Of a stretch of 64,000 nt of DNA, positions 1 through 11,560 are shown one piece after another. Under the pieces are notes generated by a model. The model did not search any database. It was not told where the DNA came from and saw only the letters and a program-made list of their open reading frames with translations. Source of the DNA: the human T2T-CHM13v2.0 reference genome, Homo sapiens; assembly GCF_009914755.1 (NCBI RefSeq), contig NC_060941.1. One strand, written 5' to 3'. A program made the position numbers and the translations under genes. The stretch's first letter is position 1. Each line of letters starts with the position of its first letter.

Positions 1-2860
1 GGCCAGGTCAGATGGGTGTTGGGGAAAGAGCACTCTGCAATCCAGGGGCTCTCCCGTGAGTTCTGCCCAGGCCAGGGGCCCAAGGAGGAGGTGCTCTTGC
101 AGTCTTGTCGTGTGTGGCCTGGTGAGTCAGGGACATGAAATTGTGGCATAATTGCTATCCCCCGAGAAGTGATGTTGGCAATATCATACCAGGTGTGTGA
201 GGGCTTATTGGTGTTTGATGTTTGCTAGTCTGTGTGTGCTCAACCTATGGGAATATGGCAAGGCCCACTCCCCTGTGGTCCAGCAGGTTCCTGTCTAGAG
301 GGCTGAAGGCCATAGTTAGCCAGGGAGAGCCTGATCTTCTAAAGAGAGCATCACGTGAGGGATATAGTGTCAGTTCTCAGCACCTCTACTACCTGCAACG
401 CCATCACCAGCCAATTCTGAGCTCATGTGGGCCACTCTTCCCCTTCTCTCTGGTGGATTGATAATCATACTTCCCTACTGAACTCCAAAGACTGAAAATG
501 ATGCAAAGTGAATTGTTTCTATCTTTGCAATCCAAACGTTCCTCTTCGTTTACTCTCCAGATCCCTTCCAGCAAATTGGTATTGCCACTCTCCCTCCATC
601 CCTGGGTTCTCGGGGCTAATTCTGTTCCAGCTCGCTCTGTTTAGCTCTTTCTTCGAGCAGAACCCAAGCTAGGATCTTGCCTTCCAGAGAATGCTTTAAA
701 AAGCCTTGTTTCCCAATATACTGCGTTTCAGTTTTCCACGAGTGCAGCCATGCTCGGGAGAGGCGTACGAGCTGCTTTTACATGTGAGAGGTGAACAAAT
801 CAAAGGTGAGCCCGTTCTGCCTCAGTGAGGCCTTTTGTGTAAAAAGGGCCTTCTGGAGTAAAGCAATCAGGTTGACTGACAACTGCCGAGGCTACCAGTG
901 ACAGTCCTGCTCCGTGGGATAACTTGGAGAAAAATCAGGGCCAAAAGCAGACAAAAGGATGTCCAGAAACTGGAGGTGGGGAAGCCTGAGTGAGATCAAA
1001 CAACCTGAAAATGTGTCTTCCATCCATTTAGGGCTTTATGTGCAGCGAGGTTGGAGTGGCTGGCTGAGGATGTCAACATTTTAAATTTGTCACTGCTTTG
1101 ACTTCCCTAGCTTTATCTCCCTTCAGATCAAAGCGGGGAGACTAGGAGTTGTCACTACTGGATTTGGTTTCAGACTATGTTGGTGTACCCTTGCTTTATG
1201 ACCTTGGGGTTTCCTGTCTTTGCTTGGGGTGACGGGTTCATTTCAAACAAGTGAGATGTGTGTTGTGGTCTTTTATTCAGAGTGGGGAGCTCTTAGAAGC
1301 ACCCACAGAGGCTTTGAAAGGACTGGGAAGCAGCTTGGAGGGCCAGTTGCGTATTTTCCAAGGATTCCTGAATATCAGGAATCCAGAAGTTTCTATTTGT
1401 TAGCCTTGCTGCTCCTCCAAGGAGCCATCCTGAAGGCAGTTTAGTCCTGCACTGGGAGACAAGGCACAGGCCTGAAGAATTCCTGCCCCCTGCTGTATAA
1501 TAAATCTGATACTAAAATTAGTGCTGGCCTCCTGAGCCATATTTCTTGCTGAGATGATAAAGAAGTGTGTGTGTGGCAGGCTCATCTTTCAGGATTGGAG
1601 GATGTTGCTTTATGTCAGATAAGTGCCCAGGTCTCGAGATCATTTTTTTATGGCAGCCTCTCCCCCATTTCCCTGCTTCCTCTCCCTGTTCTGTTTTGTT
1701 AGGGGTAGGAGTAGGTAGGGGTGGATAGGGGAGAAATATTTTAGCTTGTCTTCTGGTTTTGTGTAAGTCTCTGTCACCGTAGGTAGATGTTCCTTGAGAA
1801 TCTTTCTGAAGGTTTTATAATTGAGTCTTTTACCTCCGTGACAAGATATTATTCACTTTCTCTAAAGCGTTTACTTTATGCTTGGGCTGGGGTTGGGGGG
1901 TGGGGGGCAGACTTTTTTTTTTTTTTTTTTTTTTTTCAGGGAACTCTGTCTCTAGAAGAGACTTGCCGTCAGGGCAGTTGAATGGCCAGCTTACGACTTT
2001 AATAATTGAGGCGGCATCTGGGCCCCTTGCTGAACGGCAGTCCTTCTGGCAGGGCGATTTTGCTTTTAAAATAACCATGTTCACCTTTAACTGCAAACGG
2101 CTGTGACGAGAGTTGTATTTAATTTTAAATTGCCCATGTCCAGTAACCCTCTGTACCTCTTTAAATAATAAAATGTTTTTAATCTTCCTGCAGCTGTGTT
2201 CTCTGTGTGGGGGCTTGCCATTTTTGGAAGAGGAGGGGGCTTCTGTGCCTCCTCTCCACTCCCTTTCTTTTCCCTTTCAAACTCACCGGGACTTCTAGAA
2301 AATGCCATTTCACTAAGGGCGGAATCTGGCCCGTAAAGTCTCTGGAGTGAGTGCTGGGAAGTTTATAAGCAGAGGCCGCACAGGGTCAGTCAGTAATGTC
2401 AGCCCCTGGGGCTGAAGTGCTTCCTTTGTGGGCAGAACCCCAGAAGTCCCTTTGTATCGCTGACCCATTAAAGACTTTTTCTCCCCATTCCCTGCCTCCA
2501 ACTTCAGGGGGGCTTGATTTGTCTGTTATAATCGGAAACAGATTTTGGGCTCCTGATCCATTATAGATGTGTTTGAGATGGATGCCAAACCTGAAGCCAC
2601 TTAAAGAGCATGTGAAAATGTGTTTAGATATAAAGGAAAGAAAGGAAGAGAGAGGATGAGGAAAGAAACAGCCTCTTCCAAATCCCCCAACTAGAAACAA
2701 TACTGAAATGATAACACACAACAAAAAACAAACAAACAAAAAAACTCGATTTAGGCCCTAGGAAAGCATGGGAGGAGAAAATTAGGCTCCAGAGTCAGCC
2801 AAGTTGGTGCTTAGTCTGGGATGAACAGCCCAGTGAAGGAGGTTAAAGGAGGCAGAAGAC

Positions 2861-2888
2861 CACACGCGCACGCGCACTCCCGGAAGCG
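2861..2888. promoter_or_regulatory. Candidate NRF1 plus ETS motif pair
   Basis: cgcgcacgcgca (2865-2876) fits NRF1 YGCGCAYGCGCR; ccggaag (2880-2886) is an ETS core; motif match only. Confidence 0.3.
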
Positions 2889-5800
2889 TGGTTCAGGTGG
2901 GGCCTGCCGGGTCCAGGGGAATGTGTGTCCCAGGCTTGGAGCAGAGGGTGGCAGGTGCGTGGGGACGCATGGGAAGCACTCACGTTGTGCCCAGCAGGTC
3001 CATGTTTCTATCCCGGAGACCCTTGGGTTAGGAAATATTGATTGCTCTGTATTTGTAAACAATCTTTAAGGGGATCTAGTGCCAACACAAATAGTCAACT
3101 TCAGGCGAATCAAGTGGCCTCCTCTCAACAGGGAAGCCCATTGCTCTGATTTTCTGGATCGACACAGCCCCAGATTTATTTTCCTTTTTAATTCTCAAAA
3201 GGGGCCCGCTGAGTTGAGCATTGCCCAAGTATTGGTTTCTTTTCATCCCTGTTGAATTTTTTCCCTTCTTTAATGAAAGAGTTGGATTGGCTGTGCTGGG
3301 CCCTCCACCCGGTCATGGTAGTCCTGGTGACGCCTGGCTGCAGGGTTTCGAAGGTGGCCCTCATTTCAGCTGTCCTTGAGGCTCACTCCTGTGTTCCCCC
3401 TGCCCCTGCCATCCACCCCGCACCCGCCACCCCGAAACGTTTGTAGTACAGCTGCTGGCCTAGAACTCGAACTGATGTGTCTCTCACTCCAAACAAAAAA
3501 TAAATCTGTGTGCTTTATGTATGTGTTTTAGAGGTGTGCCTGTGTGTTTTTTCTCTTGACAAGCTCATTCCCTACAGCTGTGCAGTCACAGCCCACTTTG
3601 AAATCTGCAGCATATATATATTTTTAAGTGAATAAGTACGAAGAGATGGGAAGATGTGGTTTGACTGTAATCCCACGTAAAACACTCTGACCCCAATTTT
3701 TAAAAAAGTATTTCATTAAAATGTTGTAGGAGACTATTACTGAGAAGAAGAAAGTTTCTAAGTTGATGGGACTCTTGTGTCTCCTAGTGTAGAGTTGATT
3801 TTGTTTTTTGGGGTCACCATGGAGATGAGAAGCATGGGGCTTCATGGCGTCATCTGCCCCCATTGGGGGAGGGCTTGTTGGCACAGGTCACCTCTGGATC
3901 AACCTCAGCCTCATCTGCTGGGGATGGGAGAAGCTCAAGTTGGCCAGGGGTTTACCCTATGCCCTCCTCAACCAGAATTAAAATGACCTTTTTTTTTTTT
4001 TTGCCTTCGAAGACAACATTGGTAACAATTTATTGAAACTATGGAGCTTAGCAGTGATCAGTTTTTGGATTTTCTCTTTCTTCAACCCCTCCCCTTTCTG
4101 GAAGACTTGTAGGAGGATAGGGGAGGTTTTTCTGTGCATAGATTGGCGTCGGTTTCTTAGAAGTTTCTTCTTTTCACCTTAAAAAAAATTGTTTGCATCC
4201 TTCCCCTTAGATAAGGAACCGTCAACATCCTTGTTAGAGCCCAGTGCGGAGGGGACCCTGAGGCACATACTGTTTTCAAGGTTAGATAGCAACAAACTTT
4301 CAGAGTAGCCGGAGTTTCAGGGGAGGGAGGGTTCTTTGGGTTCAAGGTTACCCATTTTTCCCCTGCTAGGAAGAAAGCCTTTTTGTTTTCTTTTGCCGAC
4401 TTCTTCCAATAGCTTAGAGCAAATAGATTAGCAACCCAGCAGAAACCAAACCAAGGAACAAATAAAGGGGAAGTTTGCAGAGGGCCCTTGGCTGGGGGCT
4501 GGCTGCTGCTGAGGAGGCCAACTTGCGGTTTTCCATTTTCACGGTGAACCGCATTGTCTCAGCGTTCGCTGGTATTCACAAAATCAGAAAGAAAGGAAGG
4601 TGGTGGTGGGAGGGCGCACTTTTCAGGAGAGGCTGGGGTGTGGGGAAAGTATGCCCAGCTGCATGTTATTAGCAGCCTTCAAATAAAGTTTGTGGAAGGT
4701 TCCGGCCCCCACAGTCATGCCTGGGAAGCTTCTGTGTTCTTAGTAGGTGTTTTGAATTCTGTGGGATGGAACTGAATGTTTAAAAACAGTTACAGGAACG
4801 TCTCCCCAAGTAGGTATTCCTGAGAATTTCTGTGTACATGGAACTCTATTTTCTTAGCAAGCATCATTATATTTTTAGAAATGTTTTCTTTTCTCCTTGC
4901 CCGTCAGTTAGCCAAGCCTCCTACCACTCACTTTCTGTTGTGTAGTTCTGATTTTCCGAACAGGTGTTTAGATGATGAGGGGTTATATTAAGAAAGTACT
5001 AAAGAATACGTCTTATCACGTGAATCAGTATCTTTTTATTCAACATGGATGGAGTGGGAGTGGAGACCAATCTGTTTTATATTCCTGCAATCTGATGAGG
5101 GTAAGAAAAAGTTCATGCTGTTCATATTAGCTAGCCAGCCTCTTTCTCTCTTTCCCTCCCTTCCTTCTTTCTTCTTTATTTTTTCTTTCTTTCTTTTGTC
5201 TAATACCTAATTCCTTATCTCATTTTTGGGATTTTGAGAGAATAATTTTCATGTGGGGCGACAGAACTAGTGGTTGTAGTTTCACTTGTTTTTTTGACAT
5301 TAAGGAAACAACAAATAGTCTTTTTTTTTTTTTCCTCAGACTGAGCACACATTTTAAGTGTTTTAGGGGGAAGCTCTGAAGGCAGTTTGTGGTGATTTTT
5401 AAAAAAATGTTTTTAAAGCTTTAGTCTCTCCTGGAAGCTTTGTGTGTCCCTGCATTTTCCTCGACGGTCGCTAATAAGAACTGCTGGTCTAAATCAGTGT
5501 CTCTGAGAGTCATTGATTCACTAATTGCTCATCATCGAGTCCTGGCTTCCCCCTCCTGCTGAGAGCACTTTTGTTTTCTGCTATTCTGCAAGGACTTGGA
5601 CAGATTTCTGGAGTGTTTAAGAGGTAACCAATAAAAGAGTTTGGCGTGCCCCTGTTGGTAATTGTGCTTCTCGGAGGTGACCACGTCATTGGTATCCGGG
5701 CTCCATAAACAAGGGGCTGCCTTACCAGTGACCTTTCCCGCCTAAAACCGAAGGCCCCAAGGTCGCTTGTCTGATGGAGAATGTATTTCCCGGCTCACTG

Positions 5801-7137
5801 TGAGCCTCGACTTAATTTGTTCCTTTCCTAAGGCAAAATGACCTTCCAGTAAACCCACACCCCCTCCCCCGCTTATTATTATTTATTTATTTTTCTGGTG
5901 AACAAACAGAATTAGGAAAGGTGTGTTCTTCCAGGAGAGAGCGGGCAGTGTGGGAGGAGATGGCAGTCTGGCTCATTAAAATGCCGAGGTAGGTTTAAGC
6001 TGATTGCCAAGTGCGGGTCCTGCAGGTCAGAGTGTGATGCCCAGAAACAAAGCAAGGCCTAGGGAGAGGCTGGCCTGGAGGCAACTGGCTCGCGCCGCAG
6101 AGAGTTTTGAAGCCACATTTCTTCATTGGAAATTTAAAAAGAAAGAAAAAAAGCAGCCCCTTTTGCTCCATATTTATCATCTCTATAGTACCCTACAAAT
6201 AAGTGGTCTCAAAAAGTTGTTTTTGTTTTTTTTTAATTTGCTGAACCTTTATAATAGGACCCTTTCTGAGGGCCCCGTGAGCCCAAGAATGCCTCCTTGC
6301 AATGTGAGTGTGGGAAATTAGTGCAGGCCCCAGGAAAGGAAGTGTGAAACTGCTTCCCTCAGTGAACACCCAGCCTGGCGAGGCTGTCCTGTGTGTCTTG
6401 GAAGCCCTGCTGGGCCTGAGTTTGGGTGCCATATAATTTGCTGGCCTAGCACCCCTTCCATGGGTCCCTCTCGGCCAGCCTCAAGGAAGGGGTCCTGTGG
6501 GGGACAGAATAGTGTGTGTGAGGGGCTGTCTGCGGGTGGAGGACTGCCGGGGCTTACCATCCTAACTTGTTGCTCAGTCGCGGAGTCTTGCATGTTGACT
6601 CTCCTGGGCTTGGTTGGCCGCTGCTGCTTTCCTGTGGTTGTTGGTTTGTGTTAGGTGTTTGGTCCTCTGGTTTGCTTTGGGTACTGGGACTTTAGCCCAG
6701 GGAAGAGGCCTGTGGTGCTTCTCTGCCTTTCGGCTCCTACGTGGGGCATTGGAAAGCCCTTTCCCTGCCTGGTTGAAACCTTCGCAAACTGCACACCTGG
6801 CCGGCCTGGCAGTCAAATGGATTCCATGGCAGCCCCTGCCTAGAGCGGAGCAGGATGTCTGTTTCGGCCGGTTATGAATGAAATCAGAGTCCTGTGCTGG
6901 CAATGCCATTGTGCGTAAGGAGTGCAAGGAATGCACTGGGCCATCTTCCCAGAGAGACCCTATAGACGAAACAGATGTGGTCAGATGAGCCCCTGGAGAC
7001 AGCAGTAGTGGGGAGTGTGGGAGAGCAGGCCAGGGCGGCACCAGGAGGAGCAGGAGGAGCTCCAGGAGGATTCTGAGCCTCCTCCTCCTCCTTTATTCCT
7101 CCATCCCTCTGTCTGGGGTGGGATGTTTGGGAGAAGA

Positions 7138-7365
7138 GAGGCAATGTGGTATGGTAGATAGGCCTGTTCTTTGGAGACAGTTCTGGGATTGAATCCTGGC
7201 TATGTGACCTGGCCAAGTGACATAACCTCTCTGAGCCTGATGTGTGTCATCTGTAAAATGGGGATAATAAGACTTGTGTGGCAGCTCTGGGAACAGACAG
7301 AACTTTCTGTAGAGCACGTAGCACAATTCCTGGCATCTGTTAGGTGCTTAGTCAGTGTTGATTAT
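7138..7365 (+). mobile_element. MIR SINE (degenerate)
   Basis: MIR core 'tgtgacctggccaagtgacataacctctctgagcct...catctgtaaaatggggataata' and 3' part 'cctggcatctgttaggtgcttagt'. Confidence 0.8.
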
Positions 7366-7853
7366 GCAGCCAGCCTGGACCCAGCTGTTGTCGCTGGGAC
7401 AGGGAGGAGGTCGTGCAGTTACCGAACCCTACACCATTGATTTTACTGCTTTGGACCGAGAGGCCCGAGTGTGCTGTTTAGCCTTCCAGGCCCTGAAAGG
7501 TTAGTTGTACCCTTCTGACTTTCTCTACAGAATCTTCCCCCTAACCTTCCTGGTGTTTGCTAAACTGAGAGTTAGCCTCACAGAGTCCCAGCTTCTCCTG
7601 GGTCATCATCCTTTTCTCTGGCCTCTGCCTGAGAGCAGCGTGCACCGGAGACTGAGGGAGGTTGGCTGTAATCAGCACAGACCCTTGGCTCTCAGCTGAG
7701 GGTGGATCCCAGTGTCTAGATGATAGATGGTGCAGTTTGGTTTCTAATTCCTGCTTGATTTAGAGAGGTGCTGGGAGTGAGTGGTGTTACAGGGAACGGA
7801 GGCTGTGGGAAGGCTGGGAGTGTGAGCGTTTGATTACCTTCTGTGCTCTAGGC

Positions 7854-8089
7854 CAGGGGTCCACAACTTTGGCACTGTTGACATTTTGAGCCAGATTATT
7901 CTTTGTTGCAAGGGTGGAGGTTGGGGAAGTGGGGGTGCATTGGAGTGCATTGTATCTGTAGTAGGATGTTTAGCGGCATCCCCGGCCTCTACCCACTAGA
8001 TGCCAGTAGCAATCCCTCCCTGGTTGTGACAGCTAGCAATTGCCACGTGTCTCCTGGGGGACACAGTCACCCTTAGATGAGAGTCATTG
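7854..8089 (+). mobile_element. MER20 (hAT-Charlie non-autonomous DNA transposon)
   Basis: 'ggcactgttgacattttgagccagattattctttgttg...aggatgtttagcggcatccccggcctctacccactagatgccagtagca' matches MER20; cag...cattg termini. Confidence 0.9.
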
Positions 8090-9134
8090 GTCTAGCACTA
8101 TAGGTCACTTCTCTATAAGAAGGGGAAATATTTGTATGTTTTCTGAGGTTCTGTTCTGCATGGATTGGAACCTGGACAATGAAATATTCATGAAATTCAA
8201 GAGCAGGAAAGTGCCTGGAGAGATCACCTGGTCCAGGCCCCAGCCTCCCGCAGGTGGCTAGCCACATGCCCTGGGTTTGATTTCCGCGGCTCCTGCTGGT
8301 CTTCCCTTTTGGTTAAGTGAAAGGGCAGGGAGAGGGGACGTTTCCACCCAGGCCAGCATCTCTATAGAGCTTTTTGGAGTGGGAACTTCTTTTAGCAGAA
8401 TGACTCTGCACTCCTGGGCTCTTGGCAGTCCTGTGTTTGGGCCTCTAGGAGTTTGGTTGCAAGCTCCACGAGTTTGATTTGCTCTCTCATCCCTGGCACA
8501 CACAAATTTGTCACTCAGAGGGACTGGCTTTTCTGCATGCACTGAATGGATTTTTATTTGAAATGAATTCATTAAAAAAAAAAAAGTTTTGCTTGCCAGG
8601 ACTCTGCCGTCCTCTCTTCCCTTTTATTTCTCTCTGTCGTCTGTAAGACGAGCCTGGAAGGAGCTGTCTGGTGGGATTGGTTGGCCAGGGATTTTTCTAG
8701 GCCCTGATTAAAGGTAAATTATCAGATGAAAGTTGGAGGTTGCTGCTGTGCTTGTAAAAAAGTCACTTGTGTGCCATAAAATCCATCACAGCTCCCTTGG
8801 TGAGAAGGAGGAGGCCGTGAAACACTCAGTGATGCTACTTCGGCTTCCAGTGATTTGGCTTCCCTCTGCTGCAGGAGTGCTGCCCGGCAGCCCGGTGCAC
8901 CCTGCTCTTGTGAGAAGCTCGCTGAATCAGGTTGGTGGGAAGCTCAGAGACAGAACTGTGTGTTGCCGGCAAGTTGCCATGAAGTAGTTTTAGATGTTGG
9001 ACTTAGGAGAACCAGATGGCTTTATGGAGTAGAAGCGGAGCCCATGATGTCTTGGTGACTTTTGCCTCTCTTTTGCTTAGAACCAAAGAAGGTGGTTGTC
9101 CAGTTGGAGAGGGTGTGGGGAGTCTGGCCTTGGA

Positions 9135-9370
9135 GAGGCAGTATAGCCCATGGTTGACAGCATGGATGCAGGGACCAGACTGCCCAGCCAGTTATAGAGG
9201 TGGGACTGTGGGCTAGTTATTTAATCTCTCTGTGCTTCAGTTTTCTCATCTATAACATGGGGATGAGAGTAATAGTACCTACTCTGGGGTCATCTTGAGG
9301 AATTTGTGCAAGAAAAGGGCTGAGCCTATAGCCTGGCCAGGGGTAAGGAAGTCATCCTTAATTATATTAT
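9135..9370 (+). mobile_element. MIR SINE
   Basis: 'agttatttaatctctctgtgcttcagttttctcatctataacatggggatgagagtaatagtacctact' MIR core. Confidence 0.8.
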
Positions 9371-9387
9371 CATTGGTTACACTATTC

Positions 9388-9701
<314 letters not shown>

Positions 9702-9753
9702 TGGTTATATTATTCTATAATAGATGGTTAGCCTGGCTCCTGAGGCTTTAGGA

Positions 9754-9900
9754 AAGTGCTTCTCAGACTTTACTATGCAGAAAAATCAGGTGAACCCATT
9801 CCTGGGCATGCTGAAATTGGTGTCTCAGTCTTGGGGCCCAGGACTCAGTGTTTAATATCTCAGGTGGTGATATTGCAGGGAGCCCGCATATAACCTGGTG
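9754..9900. mobile_element. MER5-type hAT fragment
   Basis: 'agtgcttctcagactttactatgca...ggggcccaggactcagtgtttaa...caggtggtga' resembles MER5A/B. Confidence 0.5.
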
Positions 9901-10930
9901 GCTCCTTCAATGGCAGTGTTGGTCAGATTCTTAAAGAATGAAGGGCCCCCGTGTCATCACAAGGAGAAGTGTCTTCCACCTTGGATTATCTGGGAAACAG
10001 TTCTGCCCACGCTGGGGGGCCTGATTTGGGCCCTGCGTCAGTGTCCTGGGTGTAAACCTCTGCGAGATGCCCCTGGGTGTCAGGTCCTGGCTGCACCCCA
10101 TCGTTAGGACTGGGGGCAGCAGCAGATGAGGGAAGACTTGTCTCCTCTGGCCCATGGAGTGTCCCTGTTTTTCAGCTCAGCCAGCATCCCATACTCAATT
10201 CTGCCGGCGAGAGCTGTGGGCCTGTTTTGCAGGTTGTGTCGTTTCAGCGGGTAACTGGTATGTGTGTGCATGCGTGCAAAAGAAAACATCAAAATGTTTG
10301 GGGAGTGTTTTAGGAAAATAGCAAGGAGCAGATTGCCAAGATTCGCTTATATGTTTCTTTTTCTTTCCTTTTCGCTGTGTACATGTGTGATCAGCATCCC
10401 GGAGTGTTCTGAAATACAGCTTTGGCTTTCTTACCCCAACTATTCTTCCGTATAGCAGAGAGGATACAATTCACCACCAATAATACCGAGCAATAAATAA
10501 CCCAGAGAAGATGAATAGCCTTGTGTGGTGGTAAATTAAAGTTGATTTATTGCACATAATATATACAGGTGCTCCTAATGTAATTAAGCAGCGAGGCTTT
10601 TAATGTTGCAGAATCTGAAAGAAGACCCAAGAAAATTGGGTCTTAATAAGGCTTATTGAAATAACAGCTAAACATGCTGCTTAGTACCATTAGGGGATGC
10701 TGAAAGATGGATCGACTCTGCTGCTTTTTCTTATGTGTGGAGATGACACACCTGACCTGTTGTCAGCAGGTCCCGCACTTGAATTGTTTTCTCTACGGTA
10801 GGACTGGATTGTTTTGAGCTGTCAATATACCCTGGCCTTGTCCTGCTTGTGGCCAGAAGTTTAAGTGGCTGCCTATTGAATAGGTTTTTTTTGAGTGAAG
10901 GACGGGGGAGCTGGAACTGAAGACCCCACT

Positions 10931-10972
10931 GTCTACAGCCATACCACCCTGAATGTGCCCGATCTCATCTGA
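10931..10972 (+). pseudogene. 5S rRNA 5' fragment (nt 1-42), tailless retropseudogene
   Basis: gtctacagccataccaccctgaatgtgcccgatctcatctga vs human 5S GTCTACGGCCATACCACCCTGAACGCGCCCGATCTCGTCTGA: 38/42 identical, all 4 differences are CpG transitions; flanked by direct repeat ctgaagacccca. Confidence 0.92.
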
Positions 10973-11029
10973 AGACCCCAGCCTCATTCTCCCCCGCCAT
11001 TCTAACTAACCAGGCCAGGCAGGAGAGGA

Positions 11030-11560
11030 TTTGTTCATGGAGTGAACTCACTGATTGAGCCTTTACCATGGGCAGAGTGCTGTGCTGGAGATTGGGAGTC
11101 AGGGATGGAAACAAAAGCTAGACAGTCCCCCTCCTCAGGAGGGCTAGTGGGCGAGACCTGCGTGAAAATGCAGGATCGTAGAGGAGGGGACGCATTCACC
11201 GAGAAGGTCCAGTGGATTGGGGGCTAGGGAGACCCTCGGACAGCTGCCTGGGGGAAGGGGCTAGAGAATGGGAGGGGAGGCTGGACTGGTGATTTAGGGG
11301 CAAGAGCAGGAAAAGTTCTGCATTCCGCTCAAGAGATAGAGACTTTGCCTGAAGGCAGTCTGGAATCCTGGCGGCTTAGGAGCCAGGGCATCATCACATT
11401 GATATTTTAGAGAGAAAATTCTTGGCAGTGTTATAAGTCATGGACTGGGGGAGACCAGGGAGCTAAGAGAACAGGGCCTGGACCAGAGCAGGGGGCAGAG
11501 TGAGTATGAAAGGAGGAGGGGTGAGAGGCAAACTCTCCCATGTGCCTTAGACCTGGTGAC
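11030..11560 (-). mobile_element. L2 LINE remnant
   Basis: 'ttcatggagtgaactcactgattgagcctttaccatgggcagagtgctgtgctggaga...gacagtcccctcctcaggagggctagtggg' resembles the reverse L2 3' end. Confidence 0.55.

Noticed and set aside
7041-7091. GGA / CCT inverted triplet runs
   Set aside because: Low-complexity complementarity expected by chance
8243-8262. CTCF-like motif ccgcaggtggcta (also gtccaggtggcag near 29146)
   Set aside because: Partial match only; cannot be supported without PWM scoring or ChIP data
10931-10972. Functional 5S rRNA gene
   Set aside because: Only 42 of ~120 nt, lacks the internal promoter and terminator, CpG-decayed
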